A stretch of 32,000 nt of DNA, from positions 1,110,001 through 1,142,000 of the forward strand of contig OZ252279.1 in NCBI GenBank assembly GCA_965250005.1. Reading direction: 5' to 3'. A program made the position numbers and the translations under genes. The notes below the pieces were generated by a model. The model did not search any database and was not told where the DNA came from. It saw nothing but the letters and a program-made list of their open reading frames with translations. The stretch's first letter is position 1. Every line of letters begins with the position of its first letter. This document shows, one piece after another, positions 1 through 8,409 of this stretch. This DNA is from Demequinaceae bacterium. GTDB lineage: Bacteria; Actinomycetota; Actinomycetes; Actinomycetales; Demequinaceae.

Positions 1-106
1 GCGCAATGCTCAGCAAGCCTGCGCCCATCACCAGGCGCGGCCACTCCGAAGGCTCGCTCCTGCGCTCCAGGCGCCCAACCACTCGCGTTCGCTGCTGTTC
101 GGTCAC
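1..106 (-). CDS. N-terminal fragment of a gene running off the left edge; divergent from a PspC-domain gene, possibly a PspC-type sensor kinase
   Basis: Minus-strand GTG at 106 opens VTEQQRTRVVGRLERRSEPSEWPRLVMGAGLLSIA... to the window edge. It is divergent from the PspC-like ORF at 263. Confidence 0.4.
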   Translation of the reverse strand, partial: MTEQQRTRVVGRLERRSEPSEWPRLVMGAGLLSIA

Positions 107-262
107 AACCCAATCGTCACACAAAGGGGATCGCCATTCATCCCTCCGGACCACATCTCAGAGCCATTCTCGGACAGTTCAGGGTCAATCTCAGGGGTTT
201 ACCTAATAGTCAGGCGCGGGTATAGACGGAATTCTGGAAGCATCAGTCAACTAGGAGGAATC

Positions 263-1606
263 GTGAGCACATCATCCGAGGAGCCCCGCCAGGAGGCGGC
301 GTTCTTCAGCACCATTCGCAATTGGGGCGTGACGCGAGGACCCAATGGGGTCATCGGCGGCGTCATCGAGGGCGTCGGCGACAGAATCGGCATGGACAAA
401 CTTCCCGCACGCATCATCGCGGTGGCCGGCGCCATCATCCTGAGCGGCCTCGTCCTGCCGGCCTACGCCGCCGCCTGGGGCTTACTGCCAGACCGCGACG
501 GAAACATCATCATCCAGAACTTCGGGCGAGGCCGCCCCAACGTGGGCGCACTCATCGGAATCGTCATCATCTTGCTCATCGCGCCAGGCATGTCTGACGG
601 CTGGGGCGGGCCGTGGGGCAACAACCACGGCTTCTGGGGCGGCGGCTTCATCAGCGCGCTGTTACTCGCGGGCATCGCTGGCCTGATCGTCTGGCTCGTG
701 CTGCGCGGTCGCGACAAGCCCAACACAGACGGGTCCGGCCCGGTTTACGCCGTTCCGCCCGCAGCGTCCGGCGCCAAGGCCACATCTGGCGCGACCGCTG
801 GCAAGGCCTCCTCGACCTCGGGGAAAGCCACCAAGGGCGCGCCAAAGGGCTCCGCAGCGGCGTCCCAGCCGGCCTCCGCTCGCGCGGCGGGAACAGCGCC
901 GCCTACTCCGCCGGCTCCCCCCACCACCTTCCATCGGCGCCGGACGCCGGGCCCCGGCCGAGCCCTCTACTTGTTCACTCTTGCCGCAGCCGTCTTTGCT
1001 GGCGCTGTGATCTGGTGGCTCGACCGCGAGGGTCAACTCGAGGTGGTTGCGCAGGCGGCGTGGCTCGCTGTCCTGGTCCCGATCGTGGGTGTCGCCATCA
1101 TGATTTCCGGCGCCGCCGGTCGTCGGGTCGGGTTTCTCGGGTTCCTCGCGACCGTTCTGGTCATTGGTTGGGCCATTGGCCTCCTCGTGGTCCCGCAAGC
1201 GCGCGACTGGGTGGACAACCACGTAGACATCAGGGTCAACGGAGAATCAGTCTCGATTGACGACTTCAACGATAACGACCTTTGGAACCAGTTGTTCGTG
1301 TGCCATGAGTTCAGCGAGTCCGGTGCGTCCGCAATTGCGGACGGTGCCGCGCAGGTAGTCGCCACAGACTCGACGACCAGGATCGAGGTGACTGCGGCAA
1401 ATACCATCATCTCGGTTCCGCGGGACACCCACCTCACCGTCACGTCGGAATCGGCCTCGATCGATGGGGTCATCTACTGGGAGGAGTTCAACCTCCGCTG
1501 CGACCTAGAGGGCACCGGAGAGGTCATCACTTTGGGGGGCGATGGCCGCAGCATTGAGCTCGTCGTCTCCAACTCAGACGCACGCATCGTCATTGAGGAG
1601 AACTGA
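263..1606 (+). CDS. PspC-domain membrane protein with Ala/Pro/Thr-rich linker and C-terminal beta-rich domain
   Basis: 447 aa. GTG start preceded by aggagg. N-terminus TRGPNGVIGGVIEGVGDRIGMDKLPARIIAV resembles PspC. Several hydrophobic segments follow. Confidence 0.7.
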   Translation: MSTSSEEPRQEAAFFSTIRNWGVTRGPNGVIGGVIEGVGDRIGMDKLPARIIAVAGAIILSGLVLPAYAAAWGLLPDRDGNIIIQNFGRGRPNVGALIGIVIILLIAPGMSDGWGGPWGNNHGFWGGGFISALLLAGIAGLIVWLVLRGRDKPNTDGSGPVYAVPPAASGAKATSGATAGKASSTSGKATKGAPKGSAAASQPASARAAGTAPPTPPAPPTTFHRRRTPGPGRALYLFTLAAAVFAGAVIWWLDREGQLEVVAQAAWLAVLVPIVGVAIMISGAAGRRVGFLGFLATVLVIGWAIGLLVVPQARDWVDNHVDIRVNGESVSIDDFNDNDLWNQLFVCHEFSESGASAIADGAAQVVATDSTTRIEVTAANTIISVPRDTHLTVTSESASIDGVIYWEEFNLRCDLEGTGEVITLGGDGRSIELVVSNSDARIVIEEN

Positions 1607-1607
1607 C

Positions 1608-1841
1608 ATGAGCATCGTCGACATTGAAACCAAGTACCGCAACGTGGCTCAGCGAGTCACCACCATGCTGTGGGGGCTGCTGATCGTTGGCTTCGGCGGA
1701 GTCGTGATCGCAGACCTATCGGGATACAACTTCGACGTGGAGCTAGCGGGCATCATTGCACTAGCTCTGCTGGGCGGCTGGATTCTTGCCTCGGCGCTAG
1801 TCGCGATGATCCCAGGCAAGAGTTTGAGCAAGACCAAGTAG
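1608..1841 (+). CDS. small two-TM hypothetical membrane protein
   Basis: ATG at 1608 directly after the previous stop: MSIVDIETKYRNVAQRVTTMLWGLLIVGFGGVVIADLSGYNF... with two hydrophobic helices. Confidence 0.6.
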   Translation: MSIVDIETKYRNVAQRVTTMLWGLLIVGFGGVVIADLSGYNFDVELAGIIALALLGGWILASALVAMIPGKSLSKTK

Positions 1842-1866
1842 AGAGAGACGCGCACTCGCGAGGTGG

Positions 1867-2985
1867 CTAGCCTGCCGCCGCGCGGGTGCGCACTTTGTTG
1901 CGCCCCGCCTCTTTCGCTTCGTAAAGCGCTGCGTCGGCGCGGCGGATCGCATCCGTGCCCTCGGTAGATCCGGCCCCGACGCCAATCGACACGGTCACGT
2001 GATGCATATGGTCTGGGCAGTACACCGCTACGTGGTCGACAGAATGGCGGACGCGCTCCATGAGTTCCGCTGCGTCGTCAATGTTCGTGTTGGGAAGCAG
2101 GATGAGGAACTCTTCGCCGCCCCACCGCGCGATCAGATCCGAGTGCCGCACGTTTCTGCTGAGTTCGTGACCGATCGTCGTGAGAACTCGATCGCCGCAC
2201 ATGTGTCCGTATTCGTCGTTGAGGACCTTGAAGTGGTCGAAGTCCACTATCGCGAGCGAAAACTGCTCGATCCCTGGCTGCGATAGCTCCCCGAGCCTCT
2301 CGATGGCCGGGCGCCGGTTGGCGAGACCCGTGAGTGCATCCGTCCGTGCTAGTTCGCGCGCGTGGTTGGCCGCCAGATCCGCGAGTTGGTAGGCACGCGC
2401 CTCGCGCTGGTGCACAACCGCAGACATCACATACAGGAGGGCGACCACACTGATCGCGTTCAACGTAAATAGGGTTTGGTCAATCGACCCGGGCAGCGGA
2501 TACCATGCTGTGGCTGGCACCATGAAAACCTGCACCCCCGCGAAAATCGCGACGGTTGCTGAGACGAGCACAACGCGCACGACCCTGCGCTCCTTTTGCA
2601 AGATCACGAACGTTGAGGAGGCTCCAACTAACAGCAGCAAGTGCACGCCTGCGATCCACGAGAACGCCGACGAGTACACGACCACGATCACCATGGGCGC
2701 CACCTGGGACACCAGACCAGCTGCGTGCCCGCGTCCCGCACGGTTCAAGGCGACTCCACCCGCGAACGCGAGCATGCCCGCCCCGGCGGTAGCCGCTAGC
2801 CAACGCATACCGTACGCGTCGTACCAAAGAAAAAAGACAAGATAGGTCGCCATGGCGAGGGCGCCCTGCGCCAAGTAGCCGTCGAGCACATTCAACGTTG
2901 AGCGTTCATACCACCTTCGAATACGAGCAACTACTCCGAGCTCCACGGTGCCCGGGCGCACGCGATGCTCCCCAGAGTGGTCCAC
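1867..2985 (-). CDS. membrane-anchored GGDEF diguanylate cyclase (DGC-1)
   Basis: 372 aa. N-terminal TM segments, TDALTGLANRRP, RHSDLIARWGGEEF. GTG start preceded by ggaggtga on the minus strand. Confidence 0.92.
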   Translation of the reverse strand: MDHSGEHRVRPGTVELGVVARIRRWYERSTLNVLDGYLAQGALAMATYLVFFLWYDAYGMRWLAATAGAGMLAFAGGVALNRAGRGHAAGLVSQVAPMVIVVVYSSAFSWIAGVHLLLLVGASSTFVILQKERRVVRVVLVSATVAIFAGVQVFMVPATAWYPLPGSIDQTLFTLNAISVVALLYVMSAVVHQREARAYQLADLAANHARELARTDALTGLANRRPAIERLGELSQPGIEQFSLAIVDFDHFKVLNDEYGHMCGDRVLTTIGHELSRNVRHSDLIARWGGEEFLILLPNTNIDDAAELMERVRHSVDHVAVYCPDHMHHVTVSIGVGAGSTEGTDAIRRADAALYEAKEAGRNKVRTRAAAG

Positions 2986-3117
2986 GGGTCACCTCCCCGT
3001 CCGCCTTGCCAGGACACTTGCGCACTATGCCGTGCACAAAAATGTGGGTCGATGACCCTGCACCGCGCCCCGATCAGTCACTTCAGCGTAAGTCGGAATG
3101 AGGATATTCGCAGGACG

Positions 3118-3139
3118 ATGGCGCCGATAAGGGCGCTAT
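3118..3139. terminator. hairpin just downstream of guaA, candidate terminator or 3' end structure
   Basis: ATGGCGCC-gataag-GGCGCTAT, 8-bp stem with one G-T wobble, 15 nt past the guaA stop. No U-tract. Confidence 0.4.
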
Positions 3140-3154
3140 GGGCGAATTGTGCCG

Positions 3155-4714
3155 CTATTCCCACTCGATCGTGCCAGGCGGCTTGCTCGTCACATCGAGC
3201 GCGACTCGGTTGATCTCCGGTACTTCATTGGTGATTCGGTTGGAGATCCGTGCGAGCACGTCGTACGGCACGCGAGACCAATCGGCGGTCATCGCATCTT
3301 CACTCGAGACGGGTCGCAGCACCACTGGGTGGCCGTACGTCCTGCCGTCTCCTTGAACGCCAACCGAGCGGACGTCGGCTAGCAGGACCACCGGGCACTG
3401 CCAGATTTCGCGGTCGAGACCCGCGACCGTGAGCTCTTCACGCGCAATCGCGTCTGCCGCGCGCAGCACATCTAGGCGCTCTCGGTCCACGGCCCCGATG
3501 ATGCGAATACCTAGCCCCGGTCCCGGGAACGGCTGGCGCCAGACGATCGCCTCGGGCAGCCCCAGCTCAAGGCCAACTGCGCGCACCTCGTCCTTGAACA
3601 GCGCGCGCAGCGGTTCAACCAGCTCGAACTGGAGATCGTCCGGCAGCCCGCCCACGTTGTGGTGGCTCTTGATGTTCGCGGCACCGTCGCCGCCTCCGGA
3701 CTCGACAACGTCGGGGTACAGCGTGCCCTGCACCAGAAACTTGACTTCGCCGGACTCCCCCGCTTCGTCCACGAGCGCGCGCGCCTCCGCTTCGAACACG
3801 CGGATGAACTCCCGGCCGATGATCTTGCGCTTATCCTCGGGGTCCGTCACCCCCGCAAGGGCGGCAAGAAACCGCGCCTTGGCGTCCGAGACCACTAGGC
3901 GCACGCCGGTGGCCGCAACGAAGTCTTGCTCGACCTGCTCGGCCTCGCCCGCGCGCAGCAGGCCGTGGTCCACGAACACGCACGTAAGTTGTTCCCCGAC
4001 AGCGCGCTGCACGAGCGCAGCGGCAACGGACGAGTCGACGCCGCCGCTTAGTCCACAAATCACGCGCGCGTCGCCCACCTGGGCGCGGATGGCTTCCACC
4101 TGCTCGTCTATTACGCTCGCACTGGTCCACGCTGGTTTGAGCCCAGCGATGTTGTACAGGAAGTTCTCGAGCGCCGACTGGCCGTGCTCCGTGTGCTTGA
4201 CCTCGGGATGCCACTGCATGCCACACATTCGGCGTTCCAAACTTTCGAATGCCGCGACCGGGGCGCCCGCCGTCTGCGCAAGAACGTCGAAGCCTGCCGG
4301 AGCGTCGTGCACCGAGTCGCCGTGGCTCATCCAGACCGACTGGCGGTCGGGGCTGTTCTCCAGGAGGGTTCCGGCCCGATTGACCGCGGCGTCAGTGCGC
4401 CCAAACTCGCGTATGCCCGTCTTGGCTACGGTGCCGCCCAGCACCTGAGCCATGAGCTGAAAGCCGTAGCAGATCCCCATGACCGGAACCCCTGCTTCAA
4501 AGAGCGCCACGTCAATGGAGGGCGCGCCAGCGTCGTACACCGACGACGGCCCGCCGGAAAGAATGATCGCTGCGGGATTCTTGGCGAGCATGTCGGCCGC
4601 GCTCATGGAGTGCGGGACTACTTCGGAATAGACATGCGCTTCGCGGACGCGGCGTGCGATGAGTTGAGCGTACTGGGCGCCGCAGTCGACTACGAGGACC
4701 GGGCTGTGGTTCAC
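3155..4714 (-). CDS. guaA: GMP synthase (glutamine-hydrolysing)
   Basis: 519 aa. Amidotransferase [19 protein letters not shown]-PPase [15 protein letters not shown]-terminus [10 protein letters not shown]. Confidence 0.98.
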   Translation of the reverse strand: MNHSPVLVVDCGAQYAQLIARRVREAHVYSEVVPHSMSAADMLAKNPAAIILSGGPSSVYDAGAPSIDVALFEAGVPVMGICYGFQLMAQVLGGTVAKTGIREFGRTDAAVNRAGTLLENSPDRQSVWMSHGDSVHDAPAGFDVLAQTAGAPVAAFESLERRMCGMQWHPEVKHTEHGQSALENFLYNIAGLKPAWTSASVIDEQVEAIRAQVGDARVICGLSGGVDSSVAAALVQRAVGEQLTCVFVDHGLLRAGEAEQVEQDFVAATGVRLVVSDAKARFLAALAGVTDPEDKRKIIGREFIRVFEAEARALVDEAGESGEVKFLVQGTLYPDVVESGGGDGAANIKSHHNVGGLPDDLQFELVEPLRALFKDEVRAVGLELGLPEAIVWRQPFPGPGLGIRIIGAVDRERLDVLRAADAIAREELTVAGLDREIWQCPVVLLADVRSVGVQGDGRTYGHPVVLRPVSSEDAMTADWSRVPYDVLARISNRITNEVPEINRVALDVTSKPPGTIEWE

Positions 4715-5061
4715 GGGTTAAGAGTACCGGCGATGTCTCTGGTCACGCGCCGCTCCGCCCAAAACGTGAGAAGCGGGATAACGCCCCCGAGAACCAATAT
4801 CGCAAGGCGTCCCCAGCCCCATTTCACGCGGGTCCACAGATCGATGGACATCCAAAGATAGACGATGTAAATGAACCCGTGGATAAACTGCACGTTGTCG
4901 ACAAGCGCCAGCAGGGACTCGGACTCGGGCTCAATCACGTACTCGATGTACACGCCCACGAACACGAGGATCAGGAAGACTCCGGTAACGATCGCCATCA
5001 CCTGATACCGCTTGAGTGCCGTCCGGATTCCTCGTTGAGCCGCGCTGTTTTTCTCAGCCAT
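4711..5061 (-). CDS. DUF3817-type integral membrane protein
   Basis: [42 protein letters not shown]...[31 protein letters not shown] overlap with guaA. Confidence 0.8.
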   Translation of the reverse strand: MAEKNSAAQRGIRTALKRYQVMAIVTGVFLILVFVGVYIEYVIEPESESLLALVDNVQFIHGFIYIVYLWMSIDLWTRVKWGWGRLAILVLGGVIPLLTFWAERRVTRDIAGTLNP

Positions 5062-5821
5062 GACCCGCCTCCTCAGCTTGTTCACTCTGTGCCCGACTAT
5101 TGTCGCGCATCCAGCGCGCAGATACGACCAGCGCGAACGCACCGAAGAGCCACCACTCAATTGCGTAGACGGCGGACTGCCAATTCAGTCGCGACTCGGG
5201 TTCCCGCGGGGGCATTGGCATCCACCGGGTCGAGCCATCATGGGCGACCAGGACCGCGGAATACATTGGAGGTTCCCAACGCTGAGCGAGTTCGGCTGTG
5301 GACACCGCCGTGGTGAGGAAAGCGCCGTCAGGGCGCGGCTCCTGGACAGCCACGCTACTTGCCATAGGCGCCTCGGACACCCTCAAGTAGCCCTCTATCG
5401 TGACCTGGAGGCTTGCACCGCTGGGGCCAGCATGATCGGCCGCGGTTGGCTGCCACCCCACGAGGACCGCAAGCGTGGCGGGCTCGCCAGTGCCGGTCGA
5501 GTTCGAATCAACCATGAACTCGCGGACGAACAGCACTGCATCCTGCCCCTCAACATTTCGCTCAGTGACCACCGCAAGCCCGTCGCCAAAGCGGCCAGTG
5601 ACGGAAACGTTGCGGCCGAGCGCACCGGAGGTGGACGATGCGGGAGCAAGGACCTCCGCAATAGGCATAGGCGCCGCCTCAAATACCACCTCGGCCTTCG
5701 CGTAGGCGCGACTCCACTGCCACAGCCCGAGCCATGCACCTAGCGACACGGCGGCAAGAGTCACGGCCCCCACAGCCACAAGAGAGCCGCTCATGCGCGG
5801 GGCGCTGGACATCACGCGCAC
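5054..5821 (-). CDS. SURF1 family cytochrome c oxidase assembly protein
   Basis: LGLWQWSRAYAKAEV near the N-terminus, VTGRFGD, VLVGWQP, NWQSAVYAIEWWLFGAFALVVSARW. The true start may be an internal ATG. Confidence 0.85.
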   Translation of the reverse strand: MRVMSSAPRMSGSLVAVGAVTLAAVSLGAWLGLWQWSRAYAKAEVVFEAAPMPIAEVLAPASSTSGALGRNVSVTGRFGDGLAVVTERNVEGQDAVLFVREFMVDSNSTGTGEPATLAVLVGWQPTAADHAGPSGASLQVTIEGYLRVSEAPMASSVAVQEPRPDGAFLTTAVSTAELAQRWEPPMYSAVLVAHDGSTRWMPMPPREPESRLNWQSAVYAIEWWLFGAFALVVSARWMRDNSRAQSEQAEEAGHG

Positions 5822-7047
5822 TAGCTGTTCGCATCTCGTTGCTGCCGGCGGAAGCGCGGCAACTCGAGCGTCGGCAGCGAGTGCGGAGCGTCGGCTGAAG
5901 ACCGCACCTGAACATTGTTCCGGCCCGCGTCCTTTGCGTCGTACATGGCGTCGTCGGCACGGTTGATAACGCGGTGCGCCATAGAGTCGCCGTGCGCATC
6001 AGCCACTCCGAACGATGCGGTCACGCGGTGCGTGTGCCTCCCGCACTCGATGTCGAAGCCAGCAATGGCCTCCCGCATGCGGTCCATCATCGCGCGCGCG
6101 TCATCCAAATCTGTGGCTGGCAGCACAAAGATAAACTCCTCTCCTCCCCACCTGCCGATAGTGTCGGACTCGCGCAACTGCTCACCCAGCGAGTGGCCCA
6201 GCGCCGCGAGCACGTTGTCGCCGCACGTGTGCCCGAACGCGTCATTGAGCGCTTTGAAGTTATCGAGGTCAGCAATTGCGACGCTGTAACGTCCACCACC
6301 CGCCCTGCTGAGCCGCGCCAACTCTTCGACCACGGGCCTCCGATTGGCCAAGCCCGTCAGCAGGTCAGTGTTGGCGAGGAGCTCAGCGTGCGAAGCCGAG
6401 GCCCGAGCCTGGGCTTGCGCGACGCCGGAGCGCACGTGCGCCAGCGCGGCCAACATGACCATCATGAGGCCCAATGCGGCGGCGTTGACAGAGAACAGGA
6501 CCGACTCAACATCCGCCGGGAACTTGTACGGCGTGAGCGCGGGATCAAACACAAACTGGCACACGGCAAAGCCTGCGCTGGCAATCACGATGAACAGCCA
6601 CCGAGCCGCGACCTGCCGGTCCGTAAAGATCATGAACACCAGTTGCGCGGCGGCGATGAGAAACAGTTGGAGCCCCACGTGCCACCCGATGAAGCTGGTC
6701 ACGTAGACAATCTGGGCAGTAGCAACTGTCAGCGCGAGCACGCCAGCCTGAAGTTGCTTGCCCAGGCGCAAGATCACGATGCCACCAACATAGAGAACTG
6801 TCGCGATCCCGTTGGCGACAATGACGGCAGTGAGCCCCAGGAAGTCCGAGATCGCGTAGAACACGATGTAGGTCAGCGTGAGGCCAATCGCAAAGACGAG
6901 CAACGCCAGAACGGCACCCGCTGCGCGACCTTTGGGGCCGTCGAGTGGGCTGATGCGGCGCTCAAATAGCCGCGCCACGACGGCACGCAACCCGTCGGCA
7001 GGCGCATGCCCGTTGCTCGCCGATTGTTCGCTCAACGTGCCCCTCAC
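5821..7047 (-). CDS. membrane-anchored GGDEF diguanylate cyclase (DGC-2)
   Basis: 408 aa. Multiple TMs, TDLLTGLANRRP, RESDTIGRWGGEEF, DAMYDAKDAGRNNV. Confidence 0.93.
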   Translation of the reverse strand: MRGTLSEQSASNGHAPADGLRAVVARLFERRISPLDGPKGRAAGAVLALLVFAIGLTLTYIVFYAISDFLGLTAVIVANGIATVLYVGGIVILRLGKQLQAGVLALTVATAQIVYVTSFIGWHVGLQLFLIAAAQLVFMIFTDRQVAARWLFIVIASAGFAVCQFVFDPALTPYKFPADVESVLFSVNAAALGLMMVMLAALAHVRSGVAQAQARASASHAELLANTDLLTGLANRRPVVEELARLSRAGGGRYSVAIADLDNFKALNDAFGHTCGDNVLAALGHSLGEQLRESDTIGRWGGEEFIFVLPATDLDDARAMMDRMREAIAGFDIECGRHTHRVTASFGVADAHGDSMAHRVINRADDAMYDAKDAGRNNVQVRSSADAPHSLPTLELPRFRRQQRDANS

Positions 7048-7145
7048 GTTCGGGATAGTCGCGGCCGTCGCCCGCTCGGCTTTGATGCCGAAGAGCCTGA
7101 CTTGCCGCGCGTCCTTCAGACTCTACGCGTGGGGCGAGGAGCGCG

Positions 7146-8279
7146 CTATTCGTGGCCTCCCGACGCGAGTTGGGCGCTTATGACCACATTGCGCCCGGAC
7201 GACTTCGCCTCGTACAAGTTGGCGTCGGCGAGCCTGAGGACCTCCTCTTTACCTGCGTACCGAGGTGCGTGCGCAAGCCCTATCGAAATGGTGACGCGCG
7301 CCAACGACTCGGGTGCACCGTATTCCGCCTCCATGTCCACTCGCGCACGCTCCATGATCTTGTGAGCATCCGCAAGCGACAATCCCGCTAGCACGACGAG
7401 GAACTCCTCGCCACCCCAGCGGGCGACAGTGCCATCGTCGCCCACGCTTCGGACCAACGTGCGGGCAGCATTCGCGAGAACGACATCACCGGCGCCGTGG
7501 CCAAGTCGGTCATTGATCAGTTTGAACCGATCGAGGTCGACGAGTGCGAGCGAGTAGTCGCCGCGTCGGGCGACGCTGCTCAGGATTGGGGCAACACCGC
7601 GCCGGTTATAGACCTCGGTGAGCGCGTCCGTTTGAGCGGCTAGCTGAGCGGATTCCAGCAGCACCTCGTTGCGCCCGCGCTCTCGCACGTAGTAGCGGTG
7701 GTTGAAGCGTGCGATCACATAGAAGAGCACGATCACCAGGACGGCGTTGAGCGCGAACGCGGAGGGGACGAAGAAGTCCGGCAGATCGACGTGAGCGCCG
7801 CCGTCGGCCCACAGAGCAGAAGCAACTAGAACACCCCCCGCGCTCATCGCGATGACGCTTGTGCGCACGATCCGCTCACCGGTACGGAGCACGGCGAAAG
7901 CAAGTGCGCCGCCGCCGAGAAGGTAGAGGTGAAACCCGGCGTCGCTTGTGAAGAAATAGGACAAGTAGGTGAACTGGGCGACGGGCGCGACGAGCGACAG
8001 CATCGACGCCACCAGATTTAGGCCGCGCGAGTTGAGGAAGAGCACCAGTGCCCACGAGCCGATCAGGAGTGCCTGACCCAAAGCAGGCCCCCACAGTAGC
8101 GGCGCTTCGAATATCAAGAACAGCACGAGGTAGGGAACGCTGAACAGCGCGGCGAGTATTGAAAACTGGTTGGCGGAAACGATAGGGCGGTTCTTGCTCC
8201 CGCCCAACGGATTCACGCCACGGTTGCTGAGACCGCCCCAGACGCGGGCGACGCGCTCACCTACACTCACGTTCGCCAT
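7146..8279 (-). CDS. membrane-anchored GGDEF diguanylate cyclase (DGC-3)
   Basis: 377 aa. Multiple TMs, TDALTEVYNRRG, VARWGGEEFLVVL, DANLYEAKSSGRNVV. Confidence 0.92.
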   Translation of the reverse strand: MANVSVGERVARVWGGLSNRGVNPLGGSKNRPIVSANQFSILAALFSVPYLVLFLIFEAPLLWGPALGQALLIGSWALVLFLNSRGLNLVASMLSLVAPVAQFTYLSYFFTSDAGFHLYLLGGGALAFAVLRTGERIVRTSVIAMSAGGVLVASALWADGGAHVDLPDFFVPSAFALNAVLVIVLFYVIARFNHRYYVRERGRNEVLLESAQLAAQTDALTEVYNRRGVAPILSSVARRGDYSLALVDLDRFKLINDRLGHGAGDVVLANAARTLVRSVGDDGTVARWGGEEFLVVLAGLSLADAHKIMERARVDMEAEYGAPESLARVTISIGLAHAPRYAGKEEVLRLADANLYEAKSSGRNVVISAQLASGGHE

Positions 8280-8409
8280 GCGCCAACCCCCGTTCTAAGG
8301 ACAACAACGTGTGCTCTCCACCGTCGGCTCGTAGTCGGCCTTCGTCCATCCCCGTTTCGATTTTAGGCGACCGGGACCCATTCGCGCACCACGGCCTGCG
8401 AGAGGTGGA

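Noticed and set aside
2829-2845. A-rich run (aaagaaaaaaga) as a programmed frameshift site in DGC-1
   Set aside because: The reading frame continues intact through it with sensible TM-encoding sequence (YLVFFLWYDAYG), and no product requires a shift.
3429-4448. 339-aa plus-strand ORF
   Set aside because: Antisense to guaA, low-complexity Ser/Arg/Thr composition, no recognisable motif. Typical high-GC shadow ORF.
5974-6969. 331-aa plus-strand ORF
   Set aside because: Antisense to the DGC-2 gene, whose GGEEF motifs are clear. Shadow ORF.
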